Of a stretch of 64,000 bases of DNA, positions 12,110 to 26,299 are shown one piece after another. The stretch is from Chrysomallon squamiferum (taxonomy: Eukaryota > Animalia > Mollusca): positions 22,506,001-22,570,000 of the forward strand of contig CM022671.1 of assembly GCA_012295275.1 (NCBI GenBank), given 5' to 3'. Under the pieces are notes generated by a model. That model did no database searches and was not told the DNA's origin. It was given only the letters and a program-made list of their open reading frames with translations. The position numbers were made by a program, and so were the translations under genes. The stretch's first letter is position 1, and the number at the start of each line of letters is the position of its first letter.

Positions 12110-14371
12110 ACATGTATCTATCTATAAATATAAAATATATATACATAAAACTGACTGGTCAAACGTTAACCTACAAACAGCTGCTTCATCAATAACAGAC
12201 TTGTGTCCTGTGTTTTAAAAATATATATATATATATATATTTTTTTTATCATCACTTTCTTCCTCTCAGCTGTCAATCTCGCGTCGGACTGTCTACACGT
12301 AGATGCCAACGACATGCCATCGGCGTGGACAATCCGCTAGCAGAGGTGCTCGGCAAACACTAAACGTTTGATTTTCCGTACGTCGCGTGCTGGCGAGGAT
12401 TAACGAGGCTCCGCGAAGCTGTGGACATTGGAGGTGCTGCCCGCCAAGTCTCGACTTGCCCAGTCGTCTGGGCTTGTAGGTGGATCAAACCATTAACCAA
12501 TAGCGAGACTATCCACTTGTTTGCATAGACCGAAATTAAAAAAGAAAATTTAATTACTGACACTGGCTAGACTGGTCTTTTGTAGCGCAGAAAAAAAAAA
12601 TATTCACTAAGATGATTCTTTTGAAGATAGGTGCATAGTGTGGTTGTTTTTGTTTGGGTTTTTTTTTTTTTTTTTTTTACTTTACTTTTTATTTCTTTTT
12701 ACTTTCTTTTATTTTATTTTTTTTTTTTTTCTTATCTATTTCTCTCTCCTTTCTCCAATAAAAAAAAAAAAAAAAAAAAAATGGTCTGTATTATGTTTTG
12801 TTTTTATTAAAGAATTTCATAAAATATTTTTCCGTCTCAGTATAATTTATGTTTTATATTCACTACGTATTCTTTCTCTCATTAACGTACATTTTTATTA
12901 AATAAATAAATATGTTAATTAATTAACAGAAAACAGAGGCTTACAAAAAAAAAAGAAGTATTAAACACATAGATCATAAACATATCAGCTAATATGTAAC
13001 ATCGTAAATCAGATACACATACACATCACACACACACACACACACAGACACAGACACATATACATACATACATACATACATACATATAGATACACATATA
13101 GATATAGATATAGACATAAATATATATATTAAAAGTTTAGAGCACCTCTTCCAAATATAGAAAAACATTAATCTCTTGCATAAACATCACGATGTTATTT
13201 TTCTGTGCACAGTTATTCGATAATTTATCCGTTACAGTTAAAAGATAAAGTAAAAAGCGACGTGGGGAAAATCGCAGACTATTATTACAAAACAGCTTTA
13301 CAAACCTGAATTAATATAAAGGTTGACTGGATTACTCCCCTTGGTTTTCGTTCGTAACAAAAAAAATCACCTTAAATTCGTTAATTTTAGTCAATAAACC
13401 AGTACCTGGCTTCTATTATTTAGAAAAAAAATTCTGTCCTCTAAATTAGAATAAGAATTTAATAATAAAATTTAATTTTGTCGCCAACAGCAGATTTTTT
13501 TTAAAAAATCCTTTGTAAAATTAAACAATATTTTTTTATTTATTATCTCCAAATGACCTGGATGTAAAAAGCTGGTTCCGTTATTTTCTGTTTCTAGTAA
13601 TTTGAAAATAAAGTTTCAATCAATCAGGAAAACATATGTGTCTGACAAATGACATGTAGAAGAAATCTGGAAGAACTAACATTACTGTCTTCACATTATA
13701 TCAAAAATCTTTTGAACATATTCCCCACTCGTAATTCTTAATGATTAACATAACAGTTGTAGAACTTTTGCAATGGAATTACTCTTCAGAATTTTTTTTT
13801 TTTTTTTTTTTAAAGAAACGAAACGACAACAACGTCAACAAAACGATAACAACACCAACCAACAACAACAACAATAATACCCTCCCTTTACAGAAAAAGT
13901 GACGTCGTACATGGCGCTATTTACATTTGTCATAAATCCTGTTCGAGTGTTCTACGTCTCATGTAAATTATATTTCACTCTCAGTTACTTGTGCTTGATA
14001 ACAAAAGATCTATTTTAAACGTCATAAACACCAAAGTGATTCTCATTCGCATTTCAGATTTTCTTTCGTAGCTTCTGGGATTTCTTTCTTTTATTGTCAT
14101 CTGACAGCAGTGAGGTCTTAATGAAACAAGGCGACTTTCAAGAAGACACCAGACTGAACGTTTAGTGTAAAGATTTTTTTTCAAAATAAATAATATGCTC
14201 TTGTTCTCTGACTCGAGGGTACAAAGACTGTGGGACGCCAGTTCGCCCTTTCTTGGCTGCCCTGCTCTTAGTGGAAATCACAGCTCAAGTGAATTTGATC
14301 TCTGAACAAGTCTGAAAGTCATTACATTGTTTTCTTCAATGTTCAGTTTTATTTATATTCTTCTTATTATG

Positions 14372-14413
<42 letters not shown>

Positions 14414-15043
14414 GTTATTATTATTTTACAGTAGTCATTCTCTATATTTTTACACAAAACCGCTCTGTTTCTTTCTCTCTCTCTCTCTATCTCCAGTCTT
14501 TCATTCACAAACACACACACACACGCACAAACACACAGAAATAATAATAATAATAAAATTGATAAATACACCCTTGCTCGTACAAACAGGTGCCTACAAA
14601 TACAAATCTGTACAAAATGTTTGCTGTATTATAAAAAATAAATAAATAAAAAGCTACCAGTTGGACACGTACAGTGTATTATATTAGAAATATTCGTAGC
14701 CTAATACATGCTTTTTACCAAGTCCAGCAACCTAGATAATTTGAAAATAATACTATAATAGTTCTCTATTAGTTTTACATATCCTCTTTCACAATCAATA
14801 GGTACGTAAATCCGCAAACAGGAATCTATTCTTTATTCCTAACTTCTTAATTTTTTGTTTTCTTGTTTTAACTTGTTTTTACGTGAATTGTATTTTTTGT
14901 TTTTTTTTTCTTGTTTTTCTTGTTTGTTTATTTTTTCTGCATAAAAGTCTAGTTTTTCATAATCTAACGTTATCTTATATCCATTAATAATCGAGAGTAT
15001 CTCTTTTTGTATCAAACACGGTTCAGCCCTGGCCCGTCAGTCT

Positions 15044-15350
<307 letters not shown>

Positions 15351-15734
15351 ATAACAGACGTCGTCTTTTCAAATCGGTTCAGCCCTGGCCTGTCAGTCTC
15401 GTTCTTTAAGCTTGTGTAATCTAAACAGACTCAAAGGCCCGAGCAAAATCGACTAAACAGTCACTTTGTGTGTTAGGGACCCAGTTAATAAAATACAGCA
15501 CTGCTTCATCGACGCGACATTCGCCACTTCGGGCGGTAAGGGAAAAAAAAAAAAAAAAATCAGTTTTGCTCAAGTAAAATACTCTGTGAACTTTACGTTT
15601 GTCGAAACTGGTTGTCGGCTTTTTGAAATATCATTCTGAATAAATATGTCGACACAGAGCTTATTTTTATGTCCTTCTTTGAAGATGATATATTTCTTAA
15701 TAAATATGTAAATTAAGAAGAAGAAGGGAATTAA

Positions 15735-15772
<38 letters not shown>

Positions 15773-16120
15773 TTATTTTCAGTGAAAATAATGTTCGCAA
15801 CATAATAAATAGCTAAATATATATATATAAGGACACGGATGATTATAAATACAGTAAATACGCAAACTAGTTATAATATAAATTAGATTCTTATAATTTC
15901 ACAAATAAATAAATTTGCTTTTTTTTATATATATTTTTTTAAATGGATAATTTAAGACAGTGTAATTTAACACGTTATGAAAGGCGTTGCTTAACATTTA
16001 AGTTTATTATTATAATGATTATTATGGTTGTTGTTGCAGATAATTATGTTGTGTTGATGTTACTGTTTCTGGTATTGTATCATTTGTGTCGTCATCATGG
16101 TTATTATTAGTACAACAACT

Positions 16121-16137
16121 ACCACTATTACTACTAT

Positions 16138-16190
<53 letters not shown>

Positions 16191-16223
16191 TTATTACTAC
16201 TATTATTATTATTATTATTATTA
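16121..16223. repeat. (ACT)n-(ATT)n compound microsatellite
   Basis: Directly visible. Confidence 0.96.
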
Positions 16224-17262
16224 TTTTTAGTCAAGAAAAAGGATAATAATAATTCTTCTTCTTCGATGGCTTATAATAAAATAAAAAAAAAAGGTTTCTA
16301 TTTCACCCTCGCTCACGTTCGGCAACGACAAAACCAATTTGAGTGTTTTAATACGACAATAAATTACAGAGATGTGACGTGTACCTGACGATAAAACACT
16401 CAAAAAACAACGTCCTCGGCATGCTTAGCGTCCTAAAGCATCCTTCTCGGCAGATGGATGCCTTATTAGGGGAAATCCTACCTTAATCCCATCTCTCGTG
16501 TAGTTGCAATGGCGGCCGTTCAAATAACAGGTTCTCATTGGATAATTTGACGTAAGAGTTCGAAAGCTGGAGCCAATAATTACACGGTTTTGTGGTGTTG
16601 CAAATTTCCTCCGTATTTCACCTGTCAGCGGGACCAGCTAACGTGACTGAAATCTTAATTAAGAAACGGATTCGTGTTACGGCTTAAACTTTTGTACAAA
16701 AAAAAAAATAAAATAAAAAAAATAAAAAAATAAAATAAATTATACATATCAATTTTGTAATAGCAGTAATAAAGCAGATCGAGTGCTGGTAGGTTTCTGA
16801 CAGGAAAAATAATTTCCGCTGAAGGCGATGGTTCGTTCAGATGATAAATGTTGATTTGTCACGTGGGAGGACGCGATTTAGGACAAACATTTTCTGTGCA
16901 CACGGGATTTTAAAATATTTTATTTTTCATTTTATTTATTTTTTTTTTTTTATTGGTTTGTTTATATTTTCTTTATGCATTAATGTTAACATAGATACAG
17001 AAGGTGTGTAGATAATCATTATTTATTGTATGTATTATATAGCAAACACTATTAACATATATATACATTTTTTTTTTTTTCACTGACTTAGGATAGACTA
17101 ATAGATAAAATGAAAGAAAATATTTTAAAAACAAAACCAAAAAACAAATTTTCACACATAAAAATAATGACATTTATGTGAACTCAGTTATCTACATAAG
17201 TATATACATAAACATCAAATATATCTTCATAAAGAGTAATTATAACTATATTTCTGTCCAAA

Positions 17263-17391
<129 letters not shown>

Positions 17392-18232
17392 CAATTAATT
17401 CCGTATATTATATATGAATAAATACAGGAACAAAAGAGATTTTTAAATGGTTTTATTTTTATTTTTATTTTTATTTTATTTTATTTTTTTTCTGATTAGG
17501 AAATCAAAAACAAAATGTCGGCCATTAAGGAGTTAAGTCGTCGCCTTACAGGCTTTTCAAAAGGAAAGCACGAAAACGTAGATATATCATTATTTCATGA
17601 TTCGATACCCTCATTAATTCCACTGAAAAGAAATGTTATCGTCTGCTCTTTGTCTTTGCGCCGCTCTCACCTGACAAATTGTATCCCAGATGTTTGGCCA
17701 AGAGCAGGTCGATTCACGCACGTGTATTCTGAATACTCGTATTCCGCAGTTGTCGTCCTTAGTCAGTTGCGCCCGACCCGGCGACGGGCGCTCGGTTTTA
17801 ATCCGTTCACCGTATCGTTCAGGTAAAACGAGTGTTGACTGGGGCTGTAAAGACAGTTTATTGTTTATGTGAAGTTGTCACGGGCACAAACGTAGTGAAG
17901 TCACTTCAGGTGTAATTTGAACGAGCAACAAAATGAGATAAATATAATTATCTCTTTAATTATGTATTTATAATTGGGAGTTGTCAGATGAAATGAATTT
18001 TACGGTCTTGCATGATTAATTATGATGGTGGCTCGTGGTGATGTCTTCACTGGCCACATGGTGACGACCTTGAGATTTGTTTCCACGTCACCTGGCCCCA
18101 CAAAATGTTGGAACCCGGTTATGTTCGTACGCAGTCTTGCAGCAAATGGCCGCAGTTAAAGCATTTCTCTTTCATAAAACAGTATATGAATAATATGTAA
18201 AATAATATGCCATATGAATGATATGTAATAAT

Positions 18233-18236
<4 letters not shown>

Positions 18237-18301
<65 letters not shown>
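18237..18301. repeat. (GA)n microsatellite
   Basis: Directly visible. Confidence 0.97.
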
Positions 18302-18305
<4 letters not shown>

Positions 18306-21300
18306 GTACTTGGGTAGACAAACAAAATGACCTAAATTTTGTGTAATTATACGCCGGTAATATTTAAGTCATCAGTCATGCGCAATAAACCGGAAATTGT
18401 TACGCGTTATTCGCGTAGAGCTTTGCAAATTTTTTGGTTTGCGCTGTCAGTGTTTGTTTGTTCGAGGCGAAGAAGATCCCTTTCCATTGAGAAAGTACAC
18501 AGAGACGCAATCAGTTGCAGCGCACACATAAAATCTTTCAGCATCGGCCGGCCCTTCTCGGAGTTCTGTCTTCGTCTTTGAGCAGGCGGAACACAACGGC
18601 TATTAACAAGACCGTTTATGTCGCGTGGAACATCGTCTCCGATCCCGCACTGATAGAGCACGTCCGTGGCAGTAATGGGGCATATGTCGACAGGATCATA
18701 TTGACTATGAAGGGGTGTATATGAATTATCACCATTTGGCTCGCCGCTTATCGCTGTAATATATCAAATCACCGTAAATGCGCCACTTTCCGCTGGAAAT
18801 GTGTAAGTCGGCATGAACCGCCTCTGTCATCTGTCACCGTTCTTGTGTGCACAATCGCGCCGCGACAGACTCAACGTGTCGGATTTCATGCCATCATGCC
18901 TTCGAGCAATCTTACCCCAGCCTACGGGCTCTTAGAGACATCGATTTCTCATTACAGAGTTTTCAACATGTCATAGCCCTACAGCAAAAGCTACCCGCGT
19001 TCAATAGACAAAGTTTGCCTTCCGCCGATTCAGTCGCCGCCATGTTTGTTAACGGTTCTAGCCGATGTAATTCAATATTGTCCGGACAGGCGATTGTCGT
19101 CCGTTTGTTTACCGAATAATTAATTACACGATGAAGCTGATTATGCCCAGGTGGGCTAATTTCATATTTGTTTGCCCTTCGTACTTGATGTGCCAAAATT
19201 TAAAGCGTTCTTGAGATATTATTGCATTTGATAGACAAGCCAATTTTTCATTTTTTTTTTTTTTTCTTTTTTTTTTATTATCATTATTTTTCCAAGAACA
19301 AAGGCGATTTTTTTTTTTTATGCGGCAGCCATTCATCATTTTTTGAAATAAAATTACGTGAGATAATCGAGGATGAATTTTGATGCTATTGCTTTCTATT
19401 GCTTGCGGCTTAAAAGAGAATTGATTACACGTGTATTTATAAAAAGCTTTCAATCATATTTTTCGGTTAATCTGCTAATAAATACTATAAATATGCTTTT
19501 TATTAGTATTATTATTTCTGGAAATATACTGCTGTTGTCTCGAGAGTGAATAATAATTAACAGCTTCTGGACATTAATAAGTATTTTGATGTTCAGTTCA
19601 ACATCGCAGCGACTTTGCAAAGGTGTAACATAAAATATTGTTTGTTTCTTTTGCACGAAATGACGTCGCAAAAAGTTGAGAAAACGTTTCTTTCCTTGAA
19701 TCTACACAAGCTTTTTTTTATTTTATCGTCACAAAAATGGTGACTAGTAATAAACAAAACAGACATTTGAAATAAATACAATTAACACATAACTGTAAAT
19801 ATATTTTAATTGTTTAACGAGATCGCCGCTGGTATAGTGCCTACTATTTATAATCATGGTGCGGTTTTGCTAGGCTTTAGTGGCATATCTGACGTCATGC
19901 GAATGATTGTCATAGTATTATCCTGTAAACAATTCGTGTTTAACTTTCTTGCGCTGTGTTGGCTATCTTCGATGTTTTTCTGTTGACACCTTTCCATTCT
20001 TAATATCATGTTACAGTCACAATTATCCACAATCAATCTGTATGTTAAGTGCTGATAAAACGTTAACTTTTCTTTATAAATGGCAAGTAGTTTATCCATA
20101 TCACTGGATAGAAACGTCGTTTTATATACAAAGTTTATCATCATATACATTATCATTATTGTTATCATTATCATTTTATTAATATTATTCATTGCTATTA
20201 TTATAATTATCATATTATCAGTTTCCATTTTGAAGTAAATTTCATTATAATTCTTCTTCTTCTTTCACAGTTTGAACTGCTATCATCTTCGTTATTTGTT
20301 ATTGTTATTGTTGTTATTGATTTTGTCGGTATCATCATCATTATTATTGTTGTTCGTCTTTTTTCTTCTTCTTCTTCTTCTTCTTCTTTTTCTTCTTCTT
20401 CTTCTTCTTCTTCTTATTATTATTATTATTATTATTATCTGATGTGACAATTAAATTATACTAGTTACCGGTAGTTGGGTCTTGATTTCGAGTGTAGGTA
20501 CAGATAAAACCAATAAAAAAAATATATATATATATATAGAACAATTTAAGCATTTTGTAGGTAAGTGTTTATTATTGTTTGCATCATATAATTAAGAAGA
20601 ACAATATATTGTGGTTACCGTTGTAAGTGCTACTTGTCATGTGACTACAAAAACAAAAATTATAAAAAAATAAAAAATAAAAAATAAAAAATAAAAAATA
20701 AAAATAAAAATGTACAAGAAACCATAAAGTACCGCAACAATACGTTTATGATTATTTCGGCGACACCTTGGGTGCTATATATGCCACGCTGACACTGGAT
20801 CGCGCCAAATGGCTTGTTTATTAGGTGACTAATAAGATGCCCGCCACGGACGGCAATGAAACAATTTTCATCAAACCAGCTATATTACAGCTGTCGCCTG
20901 TTACTCTCATAACGTCAGCCCTTTGGCAGAATTGTGGCCATTAAATGACCGTATTTGATGTAAACATAAAGTGTTGTTATCTTTCTAGCTGTGTTTTCGG
21001 CTTGGCGCGACGGAACTCGTTAAATGTCGGTTGTGGTGATATTTTACAGCTTGATATATGAGCAGTTAGCAAATGCTTCTTTTCTGTCATCTGGGTCATT
21101 TCTTGCCATGACAGTTCTCAAGACGACGTTTCTGGGATCGAGGCTCCAGTCAGCTGACATGTTGATGAATGTTTAGTTTGTAGTTTACACGATTTTAGTA
21201 GTAGTAGTAGTAGTAATTAGAGTCATTAAGAAACTTTAAAATAAAAAAAATTAACCAACAAAAACTAGTTTACACACAAGTGTATATGCATATATACAAA

Positions 21301-21901
21301 CATACACATATACGTACATACATAGTTCATATATAAATACATACACACACACACATACATACCTATGTTTATATAGATATGGATATTATCTCCTTTCGAT
21401 ATGTATATGATAACAAAAAAACGTGTTCCTATATTAGTTGACAACAGAATATTTCTCTAGACCAAAATACAAAAAAAGAGAAAAAAAAAGAAAGAAAGAG
21501 AAGGAAAAGGAAAAGAAGAAAAAGAAAAAAGAAAAACACAAAAAAGCTACAAAATATATTACAAGAAATCATTTTAAGACAGTGAGATCAAAAGTATAAT
21601 AAATTTATTAATAAAATGTGCAAATAAACCCTGTGTAATTTATTACATCGTTTCTCGGCGGCAACCTTAAATGGTCTTGGTTAAACAGATAAAAGATAGT
21701 GTTTCCAATACGCTTTACAGCTTCAGTATTTATTGTACGCGAGAATTGACATCTGCAGAGACAAAATGTCTCCTAGGCGTAAAATTATGACAGTGACTGC
21801 AGACGTACAGAACATATCGAGCTGAGTGAAAACAGGTAGCAGACGTCAGTTTCAACCACCGACGACAAAAACTAGAAATCATATTAATTCTCTCCTCCTT
21901 T

Positions 21902-21945
<44 letters not shown>

Positions 21946-22175
21946 ATTATTATTATTATTATTACAAACTTTGAAAGGTTATTTAGGAGATGCGTTTAAA
22001 ATTATTTTTCCGTTTTACATAACTGACATATCAAATAAACATTAATAATAATATTAAAACGTATTAAGATTTCGTTAAACATCATTCCATTTAAAGAAAA
22101 ATTAAAGATTTATTAATTATTTAAGTACATAATTTTAAAATCAGCACATGGAAATAAAGAAACAAATAAATAAAT

Positions 22176-22178
<3 letters not shown>

Positions 22179-22250
<72 letters not shown>
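22179..22250. repeat. (GA)n microsatellite
   Basis: Directly visible. Confidence 0.97.
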
Positions 22251-22253
<3 letters not shown>

Positions 22254-22272
22254 AAATTCTGTTACAAACATA

Positions 22273-22372
22273 GGTTTCTTGGTTTTAGTGGTTATCAAGT
22301 CAGCTTAACACGCAGAAATAAATAAAGAAAAAAATACGCAGAAGGTCGGGAGTTCGAGCCTCGTCGAAACCT
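22273..22372 (+). pseudogene. tRNA-Val(AAC)-like pseudogene interrupted by a 26-nt insertion
   Basis: GGTTTC..TAGTGGTTATCA.GTCAGC-TTAACAC-GCAGAA[insert]GGTC-GGGAG-TTCGAGC-CTCGT-CGAAACC followed by a T6 run; acceptor stem GGTTTC/GAAACC pairs; mismatches in D, anticodon and T stems. Confidence 0.75.
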
Positions 22373-23129
22373 ATTTTTTCAGTAACATATTTAACAAAAT
22401 ATTCGTTGGTTACTAATATCATTCAAAATTAACTTTGTAAAATTCATAAATACAAGTTTTGAATAAAATAAAAAAAAAATAAAATAAAAATAATAATGAT
22501 GTTAATGATACTGATAATAATAAAACATTTGAGAAAAAGGTTCTTTGATAGTTAAAGGGAAATAACTCTGTCATACGCATCCATACTTTCACTGAACGGA
22601 CTAGTGTTAATAAGATTAGTTTAAAAATCGCATGGGTAAAAATAATTTTGATTCTAATCTTTCAATATAGGTTACAATATCCTGTTTTCATTATAAAAGA
22701 ATACAGTTAACGATGTTTGAAAACCTTGAGAGAATTGTCATTGTCACGTGTATTTATATGTACGTGTATATATAATCTGCCTGGTTTAGTGTGTATTTGT
22801 ATTTCTGTACATGTGTATTTTGAGTGCATATGTGGGTTTATCTATATGCATATACATGCGAATGTGCGTATTTGTCTGTGTGACAATGTACATATATTTG
22901 GCTGTGTTTATTATTATTTACTTACTTATTGACGTGTATATCTATTCGTGTATTTTTGTGTATGTATGTAAAGACATATACATGTATACGTGTGTATGTA
23001 TTTATGTCTGAATATATGCATGCATGTTTGTATATAAGTGTATTTAGGTACATGTGTATGCATGTTTATTTCTTTATGTGTACGTATGTGTTTTTTTATT
23101 TCAGTTTTATTTCTTTCATTGTACGAATG

Positions 23130-23177
<48 letters not shown>

Positions 23178-23829
23178 GTTCGTATATGTATGTTTGTTTT
23201 TGTATTGTTTTGTTTTGTTTTTAATTTCCCTATAAAACAAACAAACAAACGAATAAATAAACAAATATATAAAAATGAGAACAAATTCAGAAATTAACAA
23301 CTACTGCAGATATAACCGATTACCATTGCGAGACAAACAAAATTAATAATTAATTTCAGAACTGTTTTTTAATATTTTCATTATTTATCCTTTAGAATAA
23401 TATGTAGAATTTGCAAAAATAAGTCTGTATTCGTTCCTCAGCATGGAAATCTTCAGTAAAATTTGAAAGATTCTTTGCAGAGAAGCAGGAGTTGATTGAT
23501 TCATCCATTTCGATTGATTTCCATTAAGCAGTGTGGTGCCTCCTACACCTTTTTCTAATATTCATTTATCCATGTTTTAAATATGTAAATGCATCGACGA
23601 AAGTACAGAAAAACGTGCATAATTTAAATTTATAATTATCTTAATTATATTTATAATCATTAAAATGAGAAACATATTTCAAATGCGGTTTTATTTATTT
23701 ATTTATTTACTTACACAATCAAAACGCCATTAATAATATAACACTTCAGGTGTATAAGTCAGGAAAAGATATATCAATCAATCCCTCGGCAATTTAGATA
23801 ATTCATATAGTGCAACAGTAAATATTAAA

Positions 23830-24097
23830 AATAAAATAGGTTCTCTGGACACGACGGTGAGTAATACAAAGTTCTAGACCACGGAATTACAACGACAGGA
23901 AGTATATTTTCTTTCTTTCCCATAATTCCTGTTGCCACCGCCGCCATATTTTTTTTCCAATCAAGGTGCGACGCTATGCAGGTAGCGAAACGGTGACAAA
24001 GACAACAAAGAACAGCTGACAAAAGCTGGCTATTTTTGTTGATACTTCGATGCTTTAGTTCTGACTATTGAATTAGTGTTGTGCCTTAACTTGTAGT
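23830..24097 (+). promoter_or_regulatory. UNC119 promoter/5'UTR region
   Basis: CpG-containing island immediately upstream of the ATG, with ETS-like CAGGAAGT, X-box half GTTGCC and YY1-like CCGCCAT motifs. Confidence 0.5.
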
Positions 24098-24272
24098 ATG
24101 ACTTCTGAAACACGGACTACTAGTGCTGGAAAGAAAAAAGGTGGTGGATTTTTAGCCCGTCATGTTAAAGCTAATAAACAATTGCCAGAGAACTTTGTTT
24201 CTGAAGAAGAGTTACTCAAAAAAGATGTGATTTCGCCAGATGATGTTTTAAGATTACCACGAGCAACTGAAA
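24098..24272 (+). CDS. UNC119: UNC119 coding exon 1
   Basis: ATG 24098; MTSETRTT...[14 protein letters not shown]; donor GTAAGT at 24273. Confidence 0.9.
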
Positions 24273-26299
24273 GTAAGTGAAAACCCAAAGGAATTTGTAA
24301 ATCTTCCATGTATTATAATCATATAAATTTTATAATGAATGTATCGGACGAATGGTAGAATTTGCATTTTGAATTTATCATTCATTTCTTTGTGATGGGA
24401 TGATGTATTATTTTATTTCTAAGATGAAAATATAACCGATAAGAATGTGAACTCTTATGGACAATGTTTTGGAAAGTTGTCTATAATATTATATAAATTT
24501 GAAATTTACAATGACAGTGTATTTAAACTAAAACGCATTTTACATGATTCATTTTTTACTCATGCGGTGTTTTTGTTTACTTGAATGAAGATAAAGTTCA
24601 GTTTCTAATCAGCAGCGTAACATTAAAATAGAAAGCTATTTCAAAATGTGATAAGATAAAGTTGATTTTCAGTGGAGGATTTTTCTTTTCAGAATATCTC
24701 TGTTCACCTGAAGCAAATATTTATGGGATTGATTTTACAAGATTTAAACTCAGAGACATGGACTCTGGAACAGTGTTATTTGAAGTAGCCAAACCACCCC
24801 CATCTGGTAAATTTATTATACTTTATTTAATCTAAGTTAATGAATTATCATTTTGTAGAACCCAGTTATGAAACAGTAAGTATATATATTCTTAATTTTC
24901 ATAGCTTGTATTAAAATATTGATAATGAATTAACCTTTGCAATAGCAGCACATATTTCTTTCTTGATATTACATTGCATGTTTTATCAAGCACCATAAAA
25001 TGCATGTGTTACATTATTTTAATTAAAAAAATTCTGTGACTGTATTGTACATAATTATAAATAAATTTATTTGAAATATTTTAGATGATGATGATGGCGA
25101 ATATGATATCGAGGAGATGGATCCAAATGCAGGCAGATTTGTCCGATACCAGTTCACACCACAGTTTCTGAAACTGAGGACTGTTGGGGCTACGTATGTT
25201 TACATAATTAAATAATTGTCTTATGTCTACAATTATGAAATGATATTAAACCTGGTACATTTTTATCAGTTTACTGTTTATTATAATGGAGGAGATATTT
25301 TCCTTTTTTCCTTTCATTAATGTCTTATAATTATATAATTAGTGTAATGAACTCAGTTTAATTACAGAACTAAAAACAAGTTTGTTTTGTTAACCTAAAA
25401 AGCAGTATGATGCCTGTAATGGTATAGTTAATCTGAAGTAAACCTGATAATGTTTAGTATTCTTTATACTGAAATCTTAAAAAACAGTCTTTAATACATT
25501 TTTGTTTCCTTGTAATATATTTACTTCAGATGTTTGTAGAATACTGTGATAAGCTATCTTTATAGCAGTTCCAAATGTTTGTTTTTTGTTTTAGTCAGTA
25601 AATAATGTTGTTATTTAGTTCTTAAAAATTGTAATTCGAACAATTTATTTAATTTCAGTGTTGAGTTTGTAGTTGGTGACAAACCAGTTAACAAATTCCG
25701 TATGATCGAGAAGCATTATTTTGGTGACAGGATGCTCAAATGTTTTGATTTTGAGTTTGGCTTTTGCATTCCACATAGCAGGAACACAGTCGAACACATA
25801 TATGAGTTTCCAAATCTTTCACCTGATGAAAGTAAGATTCTTAATGAATGAGTGCACTAATGTACATCTGTGAATGTTTGTGTTTTTATTTTAAACAAGA
25901 TGTGATTTGAGGAATGTTGATAGCTTCTTCTAGAATAATTCATAAAAATTCATGGAAAACTAAGTTACAATTATAGTGTTTTTTTCAACTGTAAATTAAA
26001 TAGATACGTTGTAAAAGTGAATTCTGAATTTGGTATGTTAGTCTTACATCAGTGCTTACCAAACAGTATGTATTACTTTGTGTTTAGATTGTAATTTAAA
26101 ACACTGATTAATGATTTAGCAACTTTCATTTGCATTTTATGATGGCTTGTTTTAAAAAAAACCATTTTACATATTATTATTTTCAGTCCAAGAAATGATT
26201 GATCGTCCATACGAAACCAAATCTGATAGCTTCTATTTTGTGGAGGAAAAGCTAATAATGCACAACAAGGCTGACTACGCATACAATGGTGAAGCTTAA
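24098..26299 (+). CDS. UNC119: Protein unc-119 homolog (myristoyl-binding ciliary trafficking chaperone), 5 coding exons, 227 aa
   Basis: Exons 24098-24272, 24693-24806, 25085-25193, 25659-25831, 26187-26299 (684 nt, all GT-AG, phases 1/1/2/1). Translation has family motifs [107 protein letters not shown]. Confidence 0.97.
24693..24806 (+). CDS. UNC119: UNC119 coding exon 2
   Basis: TTTTCTTTTCAG acceptor; [21 protein letters not shown]...KPPPS; donor GTAAAT. Confidence 0.95.
25085..25193 (+). CDS. UNC119: UNC119 coding exon 3
   Basis: TTTTAG acceptor; [37 protein letters not shown]; donor GTATGT. Confidence 0.95.
25659..25831 (+). CDS. UNC119: UNC119 coding exon 4
   Basis: TTTCAG acceptor; [21 protein letters not shown]...[13 protein letters not shown]; donor GTAAGA. 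Confidence 0.95.
26187..26299 (+). CDS. UNC119: UNC119 coding exon 5 (terminal)
   Basis: TTTTCAG acceptor; [39 protein letters not shown]. Confidence 0.95.

Noticed and set aside
18339-19196. Cluster of 70-90 aa ORFs on both strands in a GC-rich island (e.g. 18407-18661)
   Set aside because: No recognisable domain or consistent splice signals; ORF length is explained by higher GC; more likely non-coding regulatory DNA.
23825-24022. Minus-strand ORF containing AATATGGCGGCG as a divergent gene start
   Set aside because: Only ~40 codons follow the ATG with no donor site or homology; better read as a YY1-like promoter motif of UNC119.
24080-24096. U12-type branch-like CCTTAAC before the UNC119 ATG
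   Set aside because: No upstream RTATCCTT U12 donor found; the candidate donors are U2-type.
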